Shown in pieces: positions 13,380-28,293 of a stretch of DNA of 64,000 nt. The notes beneath the pieces were generated by a model that was not told the origin of the DNA, did no database searches, and worked only from the letters and a program-made list of their open reading frames with translations. Position 1 is the stretch's first letter. Every line of letters starts with the position of its first letter. The translations under genes and the position numbers were made by a program. This DNA is from Curvularia clavata (lineage: Eukaryota), in NCBI GenBank assembly GCA_023920165.1, contig CP089274.1, forward strand, positions 1,364,001 through 1,428,000. The letters run 5' to 3'.

Positions 13380-16189
13380 TTTCTGATCTGAATACTGATC
13401 GAATGGCTCAATGAGGCGTTCGGACTGGCTCGGGGGGTTTGACCATGAAACATTGTGCGCGTGTTTAGAAGTTCGGTGAAGATATCCGAAACCCCAAAGC
13501 TCGATTTATTTCCTGAGGAAACGTTGAAGGGCTGGTCGCTACATGCGAACCAGAGGTAAGAATATAAGAGAAGCGAGAGTTGATGAGGATACAAGACCAC
13601 TCATAAGTTGAGGTTGTGGCAGAGGAGTAGAGTATGGAAGAGATGACAGAAGGAAGAAGACCGAGGGCTGCGAGTTACGGCCTATTTGTAGGCGATGGTG
13701 CAGTGCGATGGGTTTCGTGACTCATGAAACCAGAGTTGGTCGACTTGATCACCGTCCAATGAGCTTTCTCCTGTTGATGAACCTGTTGTTGTTACCTGTA
13801 CGGGATTTTGCGCTCGCTTACAAACTTGGTAGAGAGCGCCGAGCATCCAGAGTTGAAGCTCTCCATACCAGTCACTATTTTGACTTATTGTTCATACAAA
13901 CCTGATTATTGGCAAACCCTGAAGCAAAGTTCTGAGACCCGCTATCAAAGGACCAAGTAAAAGATATGTTCGGCCTGGAGAGGACAAAAATACCGTGTTT
14001 GGACTACGCGGGTCGCTGCTGTTGCCCACTTCGGGGTTTTCCTGGTCAAATTGGCATAGGCACATGCGCGCTATCCAGGGTCCATCTGGACCCAGTGAGC
14101 CACTTTCCCTTACACAAGGGAATCTTCAATGCAAGCATTGATGGTACTGTTAGGCCAACAGCGTTCGTCATCATGCTACATTTGCACATATCCATCATGC
14201 ATGTAGAAGGCGATGCTATAATTGACAAAGGTTAGGAAACGCATGATTCAGTGCTCTACAATGATCATAAATCTCTAGTTAATCGCAGAAAGCTACGGTC
14301 TTTTATGTTGTGACATATATTCACTACCGGAAGTTGCGAGGTACTGCTTCTCCTCTCTTGCGATAAGTGCGTCATGTGCTTGGTCAAGCTAGGCTCCAGT
14401 CCTATTCAGTTCCGTATAACGAATTACGCTATAAGATGAACTATTTTTCGTGTTTGGCGAAGAAACCAGTTTTCGCCCGATTTGATGTAAGGAATATGGG
14501 AGGAGGGTTAAAGAGTTGGACGTGATAGCGATTGAGCAGCTCAAAACGAGCAATTGCTATTGCAGTTGTTCATAATATCGTGAAGCACATCTTTGAACTG
14601 TAGCGCATGCGAGAGACAGAAACAGATGATATCAATTCAAGTGTGCTTATGGGTATGACCGTACTACGACTCAAGATACGAAGTGAGAGAGCAGCCCTTC
14701 GTATGGGCGCCACTTTAACCTTAGCATGATGACCAAGTGACCTGTATTCGGATCTGCACCAGAGTCCATATATTCAAGAATCTCATGTTTTTCTATTCTC
14801 TGTCCGTTTTCAATGGGTGTCTTGATGTTCGTCTGGGCTAGATAGGTTATGAAGCATGCGCCTCACGTTCCGCATTGGTATGACTAGAATCTGTCTACAT
14901 GTGGGCTTGCAAAATGCATTCCCTCTTAGATTCTTCAAATTCAACATTTCTGGTATATATAAATGTGCAGTGCATCTCCGGCGATAACAATTCAGGATTA
15001 TTATGAAACGAAAACACATATTAAACGAATCTAATTAGATTGTACCAAGATCGAGAAAACACGCTAAAAATGACAGTAAGCGAGAGGATGCGACTCAGCC
15101 ATTGCGTGCACAGACGCGGCAGCGATTAAAGACGGTTAGGTGTCAATATGAAACCGCGTATGCCTCAAATAGGCGGGCACTATTACCCTATACGCTTCCG
15201 TCTCTTGTTAGACAAGGAGTCACCACGGGCTGACCCACGACTCTTGAGTAGATGGTAAGGAAACCGGAACAAAGGCTTGCAATAAACACGAAGGTGCAAC
15301 TGGCTAGACTATCTTTACTACTATGTAATGCAACAGAGGCACAACAGCACGGCTGACTTGGCGTTTTCATCCGTGCGCTGGTTGCCGAACGCCCTTTACA
15401 TACCGCTATGCCTCCTCTTCTTCGCGGCACGGCGAAATGTCTTGACACCACTGTCGGAAGCATACTTTGTGCCAATGCTTAAACCGCCGTCTCCGGTACC
15501 GAGATGACAACGCTTGAGAATCCGCCGTTACCACATCCCGTCATCCAAGCCGGCCCCAAGGCTTCGCCTGGCTTCTCGAACAATCATAGCGAACTGACAC
15601 CGACATCATGTCCCCGTAAACTTTGACCAACACGACCAACACGAACAACACTCACTGCCTTCGCACAATGCCGGTCATACAAGGGCCTTTTGCATATCAA
15701 GAAAAGCAATAATGTTCGCGCTCACAATTCCTGCTGCCTATACTCGGAGCATAAAGACTGTGCAACTGGAACAGGTCCTCAAAACATGAACAATGATTCA
15801 ACCCCTCGTGCCTAGAAATAGACGGTCTTGGCCTCATCTGCCACGCCAATTTTCCCGTCAGTCCAAACAGGTGGCCCACTGACTCCTATCAGCACTAGAG
15901 GCGTGTTGGAACTGATGACGGGAACGCCCCTGCTAACTGTCTTGGGCAAAGACGAGTGCCTAAAGCAGCAACACCGTGTATACAGGAAAAGAAATCAAAT
16001 GATATAAAATCTGGCTGCCCGCCCGGGTTGGAAAAGGGTACGCTTGACGCTCAACACATTCATTCTACATACATTCAATTCAGTCTTTGGCCTTCTTGTT
16101 TCTTGTTTGCTTCAAACAGTCATTCTTTCACTGACAGACTCAATACTCAATCCATTCATCACTCAATCGCTCGTATCCTCATTCCGAAA

Positions 16190-17462
16190 ATGAAGACCTT
16201 CATCTCTGCTCTTGCCCTTGCAGGCATGGCCAATGCCCATGCCACGATCTGGGGCATTTCCGTCAATGACAAAGATCAAGGTTTCGGCAATTCACAGGGC
16301 GGCTACATTGACGCCCCTCCCAACAACTCCCCTGTTACCGATGTGACATCCAAGGCTATGGAGTGTAACGTAGCCAACATCAAGGCGACAAAGTCTGTGA
16401 ATGTCAACCCTGGTGATGAGATTGCTGTAAGTAACTAGACACCCAGTCTGTTCCAATTGACGACGCGCTGACATGGAACCATATAGGTCCAATGGTACCA
16501 CAACGGTCCCACCGCCGGTGACCAGATCATTGACGGATCTCACAAGGGTCCCATCTCGGTCTACATGTCGAAGGCTGGCGCTTCCATGTCGTGGACCAAG
16601 ATTGCTGAAGATGGATACGATGGCAAGACGTGGGCTGTTGAGAAGCTTCGCAATGGTGCTTACAATGGAAAGAAGGGACAGCACACATTCAAGGTTCCTA
16701 GTGTCGCCAAGGGAGACTACGTCTTCCGCCCTGAGATTATTGCTCTCCACGAGGGTAATAGGGTTGGTGGCGCACAATTCTACATGGAATGTGTAAGTGA
16801 CTCTGTTATTCCCTCACCTGGCTTTTACAGTAACAGACTCTGACTTGATATTACAGATCCACGTGACGGTCGGCGGATCCGGCACCACTGCTCTCCCCGC
16901 CGGTGTTGCCATCCCAGGCTACGTCACTGCCAACACACCCGGTGTGCTGTTTGATATCTACAATTCGTTCTCAAGCTACCCAGTTCCCGGCCCTAAGGTC
17001 TGGAACGGTGCCGGTGGTGCCGCGACTCCTGCTAGCTCTCCAGTTGCCAGCCCTCCTGCGGCCAGCTCTCCTGCTGCCAGTTCCCCTGCCGCCAACCCCC
17101 CTACCACTGGATCTCCTTCTACTGGCTCCCCAGCTGCCGGCTCTCCTGTTGCCGGTTCCCCTTCCGCTGGCTCACCTACCACTGGCTCCCCTGCCGCTGG
17201 CTCCCCCGCTGTCGAGTCTCCCGCTGCCAGCTCGCCTGCTGGTGACGACTCTGCTGAATGCCCTGAAGGCTCGGATGATACTGAGGAGCCTGCTGAGCCT
17301 GCTGCTGAGCCCGCCAACCCACCTACTACACCCTCCCCGTCAGGGGGAGCAACTGCTCAAAAGTACTACCAGTGCGGTGGTCAGGGCTACACGGGCCCAA
17401 CCAACTGCGTGTCGGGCACCAAGTGTGTCAAGCAAAACGACTATTACTTCCAGTGCCTGTAA
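16190..17462 (+). CDS. AA9 lytic polysaccharide monooxygenase with long S/P/A/T linker and C-terminal CBM1, 3 exons
   Basis: Signal peptide ends before His1 (ANA|HATIW). Motifs [27 protein letters not shown] and [11 protein letters not shown]1 [38 protein letters not shown] at 16003. Confidence 0.96.
17031..17240 (+). repeat. Coding 15-nt (5-aa, xSPxx) degenerate tandem repeat in the LPMO linker
   Basis: About 14 units such as ASSPA, TGSPS and AGSPA are visible in both DNA and protein. Confidence 0.8.
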
Positions 17463-18227
17463 GTGCAAGTGCAGGTGGTAAACAATGATGTCGGAGCATG
17501 CAAATGCTGCGGTTAGCATCGGCAGGCACTCTTGTGGAGAAATTTGGATTGTGGAACTTTTTGAGCATCTGTCGTTAGTAGTATCAAGTGGGCTTGCCGC
17601 GTAGGACCGGCATGTGCACCGCTTGTTTTCGATTCTCATGTACATACTACGTAGCTTTGGCCACGAATTGAATTAAATGCCTCTTTCATCCAAGGACTGT
17701 GCTCTCTGGCATTGTGCTCGTCATGCGTAGTGTACCCACCTCTTCTCCCAAGAGTCCTGAGCCTCGTCAGTAACCAGGGGGCTACGTGTCGGGAAGCCCC
17801 ATCTGCCACGCTCGGCCGCTAATGTCCTACTTGTAAGCTGTCCGGTCAACTCGGCGAGGGACGGGTCGCTGGTAGAAGGACAGCGGACGGCTGTCGCAAG
17901 TCCGTACGAGCAGACGGTGGGTGCAACAAGAAGAGTAGCATAAGGCATGTCCTTGGTTCTGGCCGTTGCCGGGGGCAAAATGAATGGAGCCATTCTAGAC
18001 CAGACTGGGGCAGGGCTGGGTCGCAATGGCGTGCGTGACTAAGCCGAGTCTATCCGCGCGCCCCCGACGTGCGTCCCCAACATTTGTGCGCCGACACTCG
18101 GGGAACACTACTCAGCACATGCGTCTTACCTGACAACTCATAATACAACCAGCACACCATGGCTTCCACTCGTTCATATTTCTGATGCTTTCCCCAGCCT
18201 ACTAGACCACACACACACTCTGCCATC

Positions 18228-19214
18228 ATGATAGCCCCTTCCAGCGCCTGGGTCCGCGTCGGCCTGAGGCGCATCCCCAACGCCCCGTCTCGCAACACCG
18301 GAAACACCTCCAACCTCGAGCGCGCCCGCCTACGCCTTCACCCTTCCAATGCCTCTCGCCGATACAATAGTACGACTCCAGAAGGAGGCCAGACTTCCGC
18401 CGCGACCGCGCGTACCATTCCCGGGCCCAGCTGGCTGTGGCTCGATCCCATTGTGGAGCCTTTTCGGGCATATGGTCGCGTGCAGCAAAGGAGGCCGTAC
18501 ATGACCCAATTAGTCTCTTCACTCATCATATACTTCATTGGAGACTGCGTGGCCCAAAGCATCACCCAACCCGAACCCTCTGTTCAGCAGGAGAAAACCA
18601 ACGAAGCCGACCAAGTCGACGAGAAGGGCTGGGTGCAGCAATGGAGTGACGACCGTGACTGGTCTCGCACAATGCGAGCCCTAGCCATTGGAGGACTGAG
18701 CGCAATCCCATCGTATAGATGGTTCCTGTGGTTGTCCAACAGCTTCAACTACAGGTCCAAGACGCTCTCTCTATCCATTAAGGTACGATGCCTTTACCCA
18801 TGCTCAAGTATGCTTGCAGTATCCTAATGTTGTGCACAGGTCTTCATCAACCAAGCATTCTTCACCCCACTGTTCAATTCCTACTTCTTCGGCATGCAGA
18901 CACTCCTTTCCGGCGGCACCTTCCCCGAGATTATCGAGCGCATCAAAAACACCGTGCCCACCAGCTGGTGGAACAGTTGCAAGATCTGGCCTGCAGTCAC
19001 CGCCTTCAGCTTCTCCTATGTGCCGATCCAGTACCGAAGCATTTTTGGCGGTGTCGTTGCCATTGGCTGGCAAACATATCTGAACCTCCTTAACCAGCAG
19101 GCCGCTGCCGAGGAGGAGTTGGAGCGTGCTGCAGGACACGTTGCACCAGCCAACGTCATGACTGTCCATACCAATGCACACCACGGACAAGTCATGGAGA
19201 AATGCGCTGCCTAG
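18228..19214 (+). CDS. Mpv17/PMP22 family membrane protein (Sym1-like), 2 exons
   Basis: Arg/Ser-rich N-terminus resembling a mitochondrial presequence. Motifs GDCVAQ, DWSRT, KVFINQAFFTP, IWPAV..FSYVPIQYR and WQTYL. Intron 18784-18838. Confidence 0.9.
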
Positions 19215-20254
19215 GCTTACTTTGTTGTTTATTTTTTTTTTTCGGTTCATGAAGTGGCATCATCAACAAACGTATCCGGGAGGGGGCGCGTTGGAACCAT
19301 TTCTCTTTTTCGAGCGAACAGACTCGGCCACATACCTTAGCTGACAAGTCAGCACACATTCGTTGTTACTATTATTACTTTCTTTCCTTTGTTTTCTCCA
19401 GCCCACGGGGCATACATCAAGAGCGGGGGGAAACAAGGCAATCTTCCCCCTTTTTGCATCATAGACTGGCGTTATTGCATTTGATACCACGAGCGCCGCA
19501 CAAACAAGAAACGCGCCGACTTTCACAATATTTGTACAAATTTATCAATTCTTTTTACTTTTACCAATCTGAATATTCTCTCCTGTTGGCAAAGCCACGG
19601 AAACCCAGCATCTTCTTTCTCTCTTTTTGGTGTTCCACATTACGCGCCTCTCTTATTTAGTTCGTTCAACATGTGTCATTGCACAGCAAAGCATTAGATC
19701 GGAGGAGGGTGCCCGAAGATCGGCACCCCTCGACTAACAAATCTCTCCTAAACTCTTGGACTGGGCCCAAGCAAAGCACCCTACTGCAAAAGCGAGACAT
19801 CATTTCCACCGACGTGCCGTGCAGCTACTTGGCACACGCAGCTTGCAAGTATGCATAACCTTGATTGAGTTCGTTGTCCAGTTGGTTGCTGGTTACACCA
19901 TGCGAGAAGACCTTGGCATAGAAGTAGCGTTTTGACGTTTTCCGCTACTTCTTTGCTTTTTCGGAGCCTCACAATGTGCTTCCGTTAGAAAAATAGTTCG
20001 ATCGTCGTGTATTGGTATCGTGATTCGCGGGACCTGCCACGTGCTTTTCCCCACACTTTATGTCTTCTTCGTGGCTGGTCATGCGGGAACAGATAGAGGT
20101 TGGTTTTTCCACATGTTTGGTTTGGAAAATAGGATACCAGGTGCCAAGTCTGTATGCGTTCAGTTCTACCAAAGCCTAGCAGCTTTTCTTTTGGCATTCC
20201 GAGGACGGGGTTGGAACGGATGAACAAATCCAGCTCTTCAAACGTCATTGCATC

Positions 20255-21134
20255 TCATTCAGAGCCTTGTCTCTCTTCATCGTGCATGATTGCTTCGCAC
20301 TGTTCCCTGAGTTCTTGTACACCGGTGACGCCTTTCCACTGTTCCAGTATGCTGCTCACTTGTTCCCACTCCTTTTCTGCTTCTTCTTGGCACTCCCGAT
20401 CAATCAGTATTTGCAATCGTCTTGGCGTGTCCAGCACCCATTTGACGGTTTCCTTTTGCCTTCGCTTCTTGTCAGCCTCCGCTTTTTCCTGCCCGTCTTG
20501 CTCTCCCCGCATGCTGATCCCTAAGCCCTCTTGCTTGGGTTGGTGACCTTCTTGTAACGATGATGACAAAGAAGCGGCGGTTTCGGCAATGTGGGATATG
20601 GCGGGGCCGAGAGTGTGTGTAGTGGGTGCAAGAGGATCCATGTTGCCGCGCATGCGGCGGATGGTGCTGGTAGCGGAGAGAAGCTTGGAGTAGTTGTCGT
20701 AAACGAGGGACTTGCGGTCGCTGTCTAGATTTCGGATTTCTGTACTTCGGGTTAGCTAATCAGTGTGCCAGCGTAGCTTGCATAAGCAACGTACGTGATA
20801 TCAGATCGGCCTCTACTTTCAACACGCCTTTCAGCCCCTCCCTTGCGAGCAAGCTCTCGACGTAGGCCTCAGCGTTGAAGTCGGAGGCATCTAACTCCGT
20901 GAGCGTCTCATCTTCTTCTGGCCCCAATTGGTTCGTCGCAGTCTCCTCAGATATCCTTATATCGGGGGTCGCGTCTTTGGGGGCTGTTTTAATACCGTAG
21001 AACTCGCGAAGGGCGGCGCGGTTACGGCGGGCGGGCTGTTGGGGGCGATGCGACGAGCTGCTGTCAATGGATGTGCGGGTCAGGGAGGGACTGCGGATCG
21101 AAGAACTGGCGCGAGGGGAGGCTATCGTCGACAT
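20255..21134 (-). CDS. VPS51: GARP complex subunit Vps51 (Vps51/Vps67 domain), 2 exons
   Basis: ALREFY motif, LDASDFNAEAYV, and the spliced segment QIRNLDSDRKSLVYDNYSKLLSATSTIRRMR. Intron about 20742-20794. Confidence 0.88.
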
Positions 21135-21323
21135 GTTGCTGTATGCTGTATGTGGATTGGAGTTTGGCGCTGAGAGTGTGCGAGTTAGAGCTTCATGTGA
21201 AGGGCCGAGGAAAGAGCCCCACGTCATTCTACGCGTCGCGTCGACCACCATATATCACACTTTTCACAATCGCACATATTGTCTAATTGCACAACAAAGC
21301 ACTGTACTCAAGAGACTTCGACA

Positions 21324-22010
21324 ATGTCTGCTAATATTGCAGCTGAGCTAACACATCACCTCAATGCCCGTCATCTCTATCCTGCGGCAGGCTGGCTGGA
21401 GAGCTTTATAGCCACAATTCGACCAAATACACCGCTGCCTGCCATCAAGCAAACGTCAATGTTCCGCCTACTAGCAACTGATATCACAACATCCCTGAAC
21501 CAGCCGTCCAACTCGGTTTTTCCTAGAGACGTGCTCACTGGCACAACAAAGTCTCGCCTTATTCCTGGCCCTATTGTGTGTCAAGTGCTCGATATTGAGG
21601 ATATTGGACATTCACGCTGGTCACAAGTCGAGGCCATCGAGGCGCAAGAACGCGGTGAGACGACCAAAGGCAGAGAGATCGTGAGAGTAGTCGAACAAGA
21701 GAATGAAGCTGCTGCCGAGGCTGCTGTGCCTGCACAGAGCAAAGGTCCGTTCAAGCTTCTGCTGCAAGATGCCAAAGCCCTCAAGATCTATGCCGTAGAT
21801 CTAAAAGGTATCGATAAACTCAACACAAACATGACTATCGGCACCAAGCTTCTTCTCAAAGACATTGATGTCAGAAGAGGAGTTGTCATGCTTGAGCCAG
21901 GTAATGTTCAGGTTTTGGGCGGGAAGATTGAGGCTCTCGACAAGGCTTGGAAGGATGGGAGGAAAGAGAGGCTGAAGGCTGCTGCCCAGGCGCAACAGAA
22001 TGCAGGGTGA
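21324..22010 (+). CDS. RMI1: RecQ-mediated genome instability protein Rmi1 (N-terminal helical plus OB-fold)
   Basis: LLATDI, GPIVCQVLDIEDIGHSRWSQVEAIEA.ERGE..KGREI, KLLLQDA and IGTKLLL...RRGVVML.P....LGG motifs. Confidence 0.88.
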   Translation: MSANIAAELTHHLNARHLYPAAGWLESFIATIRPNTPLPAIKQTSMFRLLATDITTSLNQPSNSVFPRDVLTGTTKSRLIPGPIVCQVLDIEDIGHSRWSQVEAIEAQERGETTKGREIVRVVEQENEAAAEAAVPAQSKGPFKLLLQDAKALKIYAVDLKGIDKLNTNMTIGTKLLLKDIDVRRGVVMLEPGNVQVLGGKIEALDKAWKDGRKERLKAAAQAQQNAG

Positions 22011-22229
22011 TAGGGTTACAAACCTGCAGCTCTATTACCCTCTCGACAATTACCCCAACCTTTCCGGAACCACATATCAGACGTGCTTTGCGAAACATGT
22101 ATCGGAGTCCTGCAACACCGCCGTCACATTATCAAAGCAGAGTCATATGAGTATAGCTTAAACAGCTACGAATGCATATACTTTATGGACGTAGGTAACG
22201 AATACAAAATGCCCGTCTCAGGTTACTGA

Positions 22230-24257
22230 CAATGTCAGCGTCAGTGCGGCCGCCACTTGACATGCGAATCGCTTGTTGCTGCTGCAGTTGACGGATGTCC
22301 TCTCTGCCAGCCAACTCGGGAGAGTATGTTAGCTTCTCAACAGGATTCATTGCATGCTTTTGGATCCACTGACAACGCAGACGCCATCACCACTAGCCCA
22401 CCGTCTGGCTTCATCACTTTTGCACAACTATCGAACCGGCTGGTCTCAGAAGATCTCTCATTCAGCATTATCTATAATTCCTAATTGCTCCCTGAGCTAG
22501 TGTCTGTGTAGCAATTTTAATCTGGAAAAACAACGTGCGTCCTTCCCCTCACACCACACAACCATACATGTTAGCCATCAAGCAACAAGCACACATGTGC
22601 AAAATGTTCCCACGAAGGACAACTTTACCACTGACCATAACTCTTCACGTATCTCCTTGCAGATGGCTGGTACGTGGCTGCGAGACTGCATTCAATCACA
22701 TCAACAATGCAACACCTGCCAACGTGATAATGCATGGCACCCCATGCCTCTTTTACGTTTAGTCGGATCTCATGGGAATGAGGACTATGTTAGACTCAAA
22801 AATACCGTAGAGGAATCACTTGATGGTCCTTGCGCTACTTTGATCCATCGTTGGGGCAACTACAAGCCTCTTCAGCTCACACAGTCCATGGCATCCAATC
22901 CCAATCACCGCTCCTCAATAGGCGATATTCCAAAAACATTTAAAGAGGCGATTCGAGTGTCATGAATACTCGGAATACAATACTTTTAGATAGACTCACT
23001 TTACATTATTCGAGAAGGTGATAATCTCCGTGACTGGTACCTTGAAGCAGATCTGATGGACAAGGTGTACCTTTATTCTCACCTCAATATCTATGCAGCA
23101 GATGCGGCAGACAGCACCAAAGAATTTTTCAGACACCACCCTCCACTACCTCTAGGCCTTCAGCTTGTAGCAATAAACGTCAAATGGACTCAGCTAGGTC
23201 CCGAGTTCTCTGATTGTCTAGTGACGGATTATCAGCTATGGTCACGCAATCTGGAAATTCCCCCTCTCAGCAACCATGCTTGAGTTCTCCAAGAGCAGTA
23301 CCTCGCTCCGCGAGTCCTTCACTTCTGTCAAAATCAACATTTTTGGGAATGCAAAGAGCATGTTGCATGTGAGACCTTTCCTAATGGGCTCTCGGACGAA
23401 AACGGCATAGCCATGAAGCCATGGGAAAAGACAAATCGGTTTGCGCCAGACGATCAATCTCAGAAGAGATGGATATCCTTTTGGGGTTTCGGCCTTATTT
23501 ATGCGTACAGCAAGATGGACTTGACCGTTGCAAGCGGTAAATTGGTTGCACTCCCAGGTACAGACAAACTCTTCATGGCCTATATGAACGATATATACAT
23601 GGCGTATTTGTGGCGTAGCCGGCTAGAAGACTCACTACTATGGTACGTAGGTCCTAAGAGTCTACAGCTACGTCCACTAGTTCATCGGGCACCGAATTGG
23701 TCCTGGGCGCCCATAGATGGACCTATCCATCACTGTTTGTCCCCATACGACCAGAGCCGAATACAACTCGTAGATGTTGAACTATCCCATGCGACAGACG
23801 ATGCTACAGGTGCAGTCACCGACGGTTGGCTGGATCTACGCGGCGTTCTCAAGCCTTTGCGGTTGTGTGAAAGTAAAGAGTCAGATACAACGCGGCGCAT
23901 AGCTCTGAACGATGCCATCAACTCTCCACAGCACGACACGATCGAAGAGAGCGCTTGTTTGATGACAGGCATTGTTCTTGACTTTTTTCGGACATTTGTT
24001 GCTTCCAAAATGATGACAACAGGCAAGGGAGCTTATTCTATATGCCATGTCAGCTCAGGAATGAACCACAGCACATGATCTGCCTATTGCTTAGATTAGT
24101 GAACAAAGATAAGACATTGTTCGAGAGATTTGGGATTTCCTGGACGTATGAGCCTCCGGAGATAGAGCGACCGCTGGCGGATTTGGAGGAGGAGACAAAG
24201 GTTCGTCTGCTGTGCCTGCGCTATGAGAACGGGTTGCATACCATCCGAATCATCTAG
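22230..24257 (+). pseudogene. Heterokaryon-incompatibility (HET domain) gene, disrupted
   Basis: Motifs GCPLC, WLRDC..SH..C, TLIHRWG, PKTFKEAI..LGIQYF*IDSLYII, DW..EA..M.KVY, A*VLQEQYLAPRVLHF...FWEC and RAPNWSWA. Stops at 22963, 22987 and 23281; frameshift near the T6 run at 23983-23988. The 5' boundary is approximate. Confidence 0.88.
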
Positions 24258-26424
24258 ACCCAGCCACAGTCTTCAGCCTGATTGTCGATCGACATGCCCA
24301 GTTTGTCAAGAAAGTTAGATCTCAGGGTCCGTGTTGGGATTGAGCTAGAACGCCTCTGATAGGTGGCTGGCCCTAGACGGTGTCGATTTCAGGGTTCAAA
24401 GTCTGGAACCCAAGCATTGCTATGCGGGAAGGGCGGGGCAGGACGCGTCTGCCAACCATTTAGCAAAAGCGACTTCCAAGCTGCAAGCACCTAATCATCT
24501 GAATGCGGAACAGCCACACTGTGCCTAGACGCTCGGTCAGCAGGTGACGTAGCGCAAGCACGTTCGTATATTACTGCACCGTTTCCCTTTCCGCGCAGGC
24601 ATGTTTGATACGTCGAAACGGAATACCGTGAATATATCGCCTTTTCAACTGCGTTCGAGCCAATCACAATCATCATGGTGACTGTGGACGAAAGTGTGCA
24701 ATTCCGAGGTGTGTTGTCCCATTCAGCGACTGCCTGTTGCTCGTTTTGAGGGTTCGATCGACAGAACCAATCAAGAAAGGACAGTGACACTGGAGACAAG
24801 TTGTTGACGCATCGCAGAACCACCAGTTGGCGCCCTTCCTGAAAATACCAGCACCTCTGCATCGCGACCAGACACTAGCGCCCAGTTTAGAGGTCCGTAA
24901 ATCCTAGCTATGTCAACACACCTCCATTTCACTTTTGCCGAAATTGGTGCGCGTCCATAGATCTTCCCAGACTCTATACTCATGTCTTCACAGAGCCAGT
25001 TGTCCGTGATCCGTCCGCTACTAATGACTCTACCGACGGCTCTACAAATAACAAGCCTATGAGTGAGAAGATCAAGAACGTATTGAAGAAGCCTTTTTCG
25101 TCATCATCATCGCACCATTCGAGCAAGTTGGGAGAGACAGAAGTCACGTCTCCCGAGCTACAGGCGGCACAAGAGGTGCTTGCGGCCAAGCACTTAACAA
25201 CGACATCGTAGGAGTAGGTTCTCCAACAACTGGTGGAATCGGGAAATGATGGCTTACAAACCCACCATGTTTGAAGATAGCTGTAGTAGTCATGATTGCT
25301 TATTATTTACTGTGTTCCTAGCACTTATGATTGTACTTTCAAAAGTAGTCATCATACACCCACATGAGCTAATACTAGCGCATGCCACAGACGAACCTGC
25401 CAATATCAAATCATCTTTTTTTTGTGAAGTTTAATGTCTCTACGAAAACCTCCCAGGGGCATGCAGATGGCCGAAACTCAGCTCTTATAGCAGTGATGCA
25501 CTGCCTGGCCACACCTAGTCTAAGTACAAAAGGTTGTACTGCTGACTGATTCTATCCCGCCAGTTCAATAGTTCCTGCTATTATCGGGAGACAATGCCAA
25601 TCCAAGCCCTAGTGACACACAACTTATTCGTGTTTTAGCAAACTACACTACTTGAATTGGGAGCTCAACATCCCTCGCTATGGGCGCCAACACCACCCAG
25701 AAAGCCTACCACGACCATGAAATTTTCCTAGCCTGTTTATTGCTCGTTTTGATTTTCTGGATTTACTGGTCGTGGCAGAGGCATGTTGCCAGGATTTGAA
25801 CAAGGTTCTCAGCTGTATGGAAGTCGCTACCTATCGAAGCTAGGCGAGAAGACAAGGAACAGGCAACATAGTCCCCACATATATTTTCTTCTTGCCCATT
25901 GTTTCATGTTGCTTTTTTTCTCTAATAGAGTATTGTCAATACCAAGGCTAACGAATCACATTATCGTCTGCATCGCTTCAGGGCGAAACTTTAACGCCTC
26001 ACTCTAGATTGTGTCTAGCGCTTATTGTTATTTTGGATTTACCCAGCTTGAGGGAAACTCCGTCCGTCTTCGCCTAGGACGTGGCGTTGCACTGTACACG
26101 TGTCTTGGCGAGAAATTGTTGGCTAAAGAAAATAACGACTGCACGCTGGCCTTGCATTAGTGAACAAGCCGCAAACACGCCCAAATAACTGCAAGTATGG
26201 AAGAAGACAAATGTTTGTAATCATTCCTCATTCCAAGCGAGAAGACAATCGCTATTGATTACGTGTTTGGAAATGCAGGTGTCGTAAAAGTATTGATATG
26301 TGTCGAAGTAGACAGAAGATATGTGAGAGAGCAACTATGTAATCTACCCTCAAAAAACACAAAAATATCATGTTTGTTTTTGATCCCTCCAGAAACCATC
26401 CAGCCCTCTCTGCCAATGACTCAT

Positions 26425-28293
<1,869 letters not shown>

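Noticed and set aside
15625..15651. 9-bp tandem repeat GACCAACAC x3 upstream of the LPMO
   Set aside because: Short slippage-type repeat with no evidence of function.
19263..20248. Small ORFs between the Mpv17-like gene and VPS51
   Set aside because: Convergent 3' UTR/terminator region; the ORFs are short, mostly non-ATG and lack motifs.
24980..25211. Coding-like fragment (MSEKIKNVLKKPFS...)
   Set aside because: Only about 50 codons with no clear gene structure or family.
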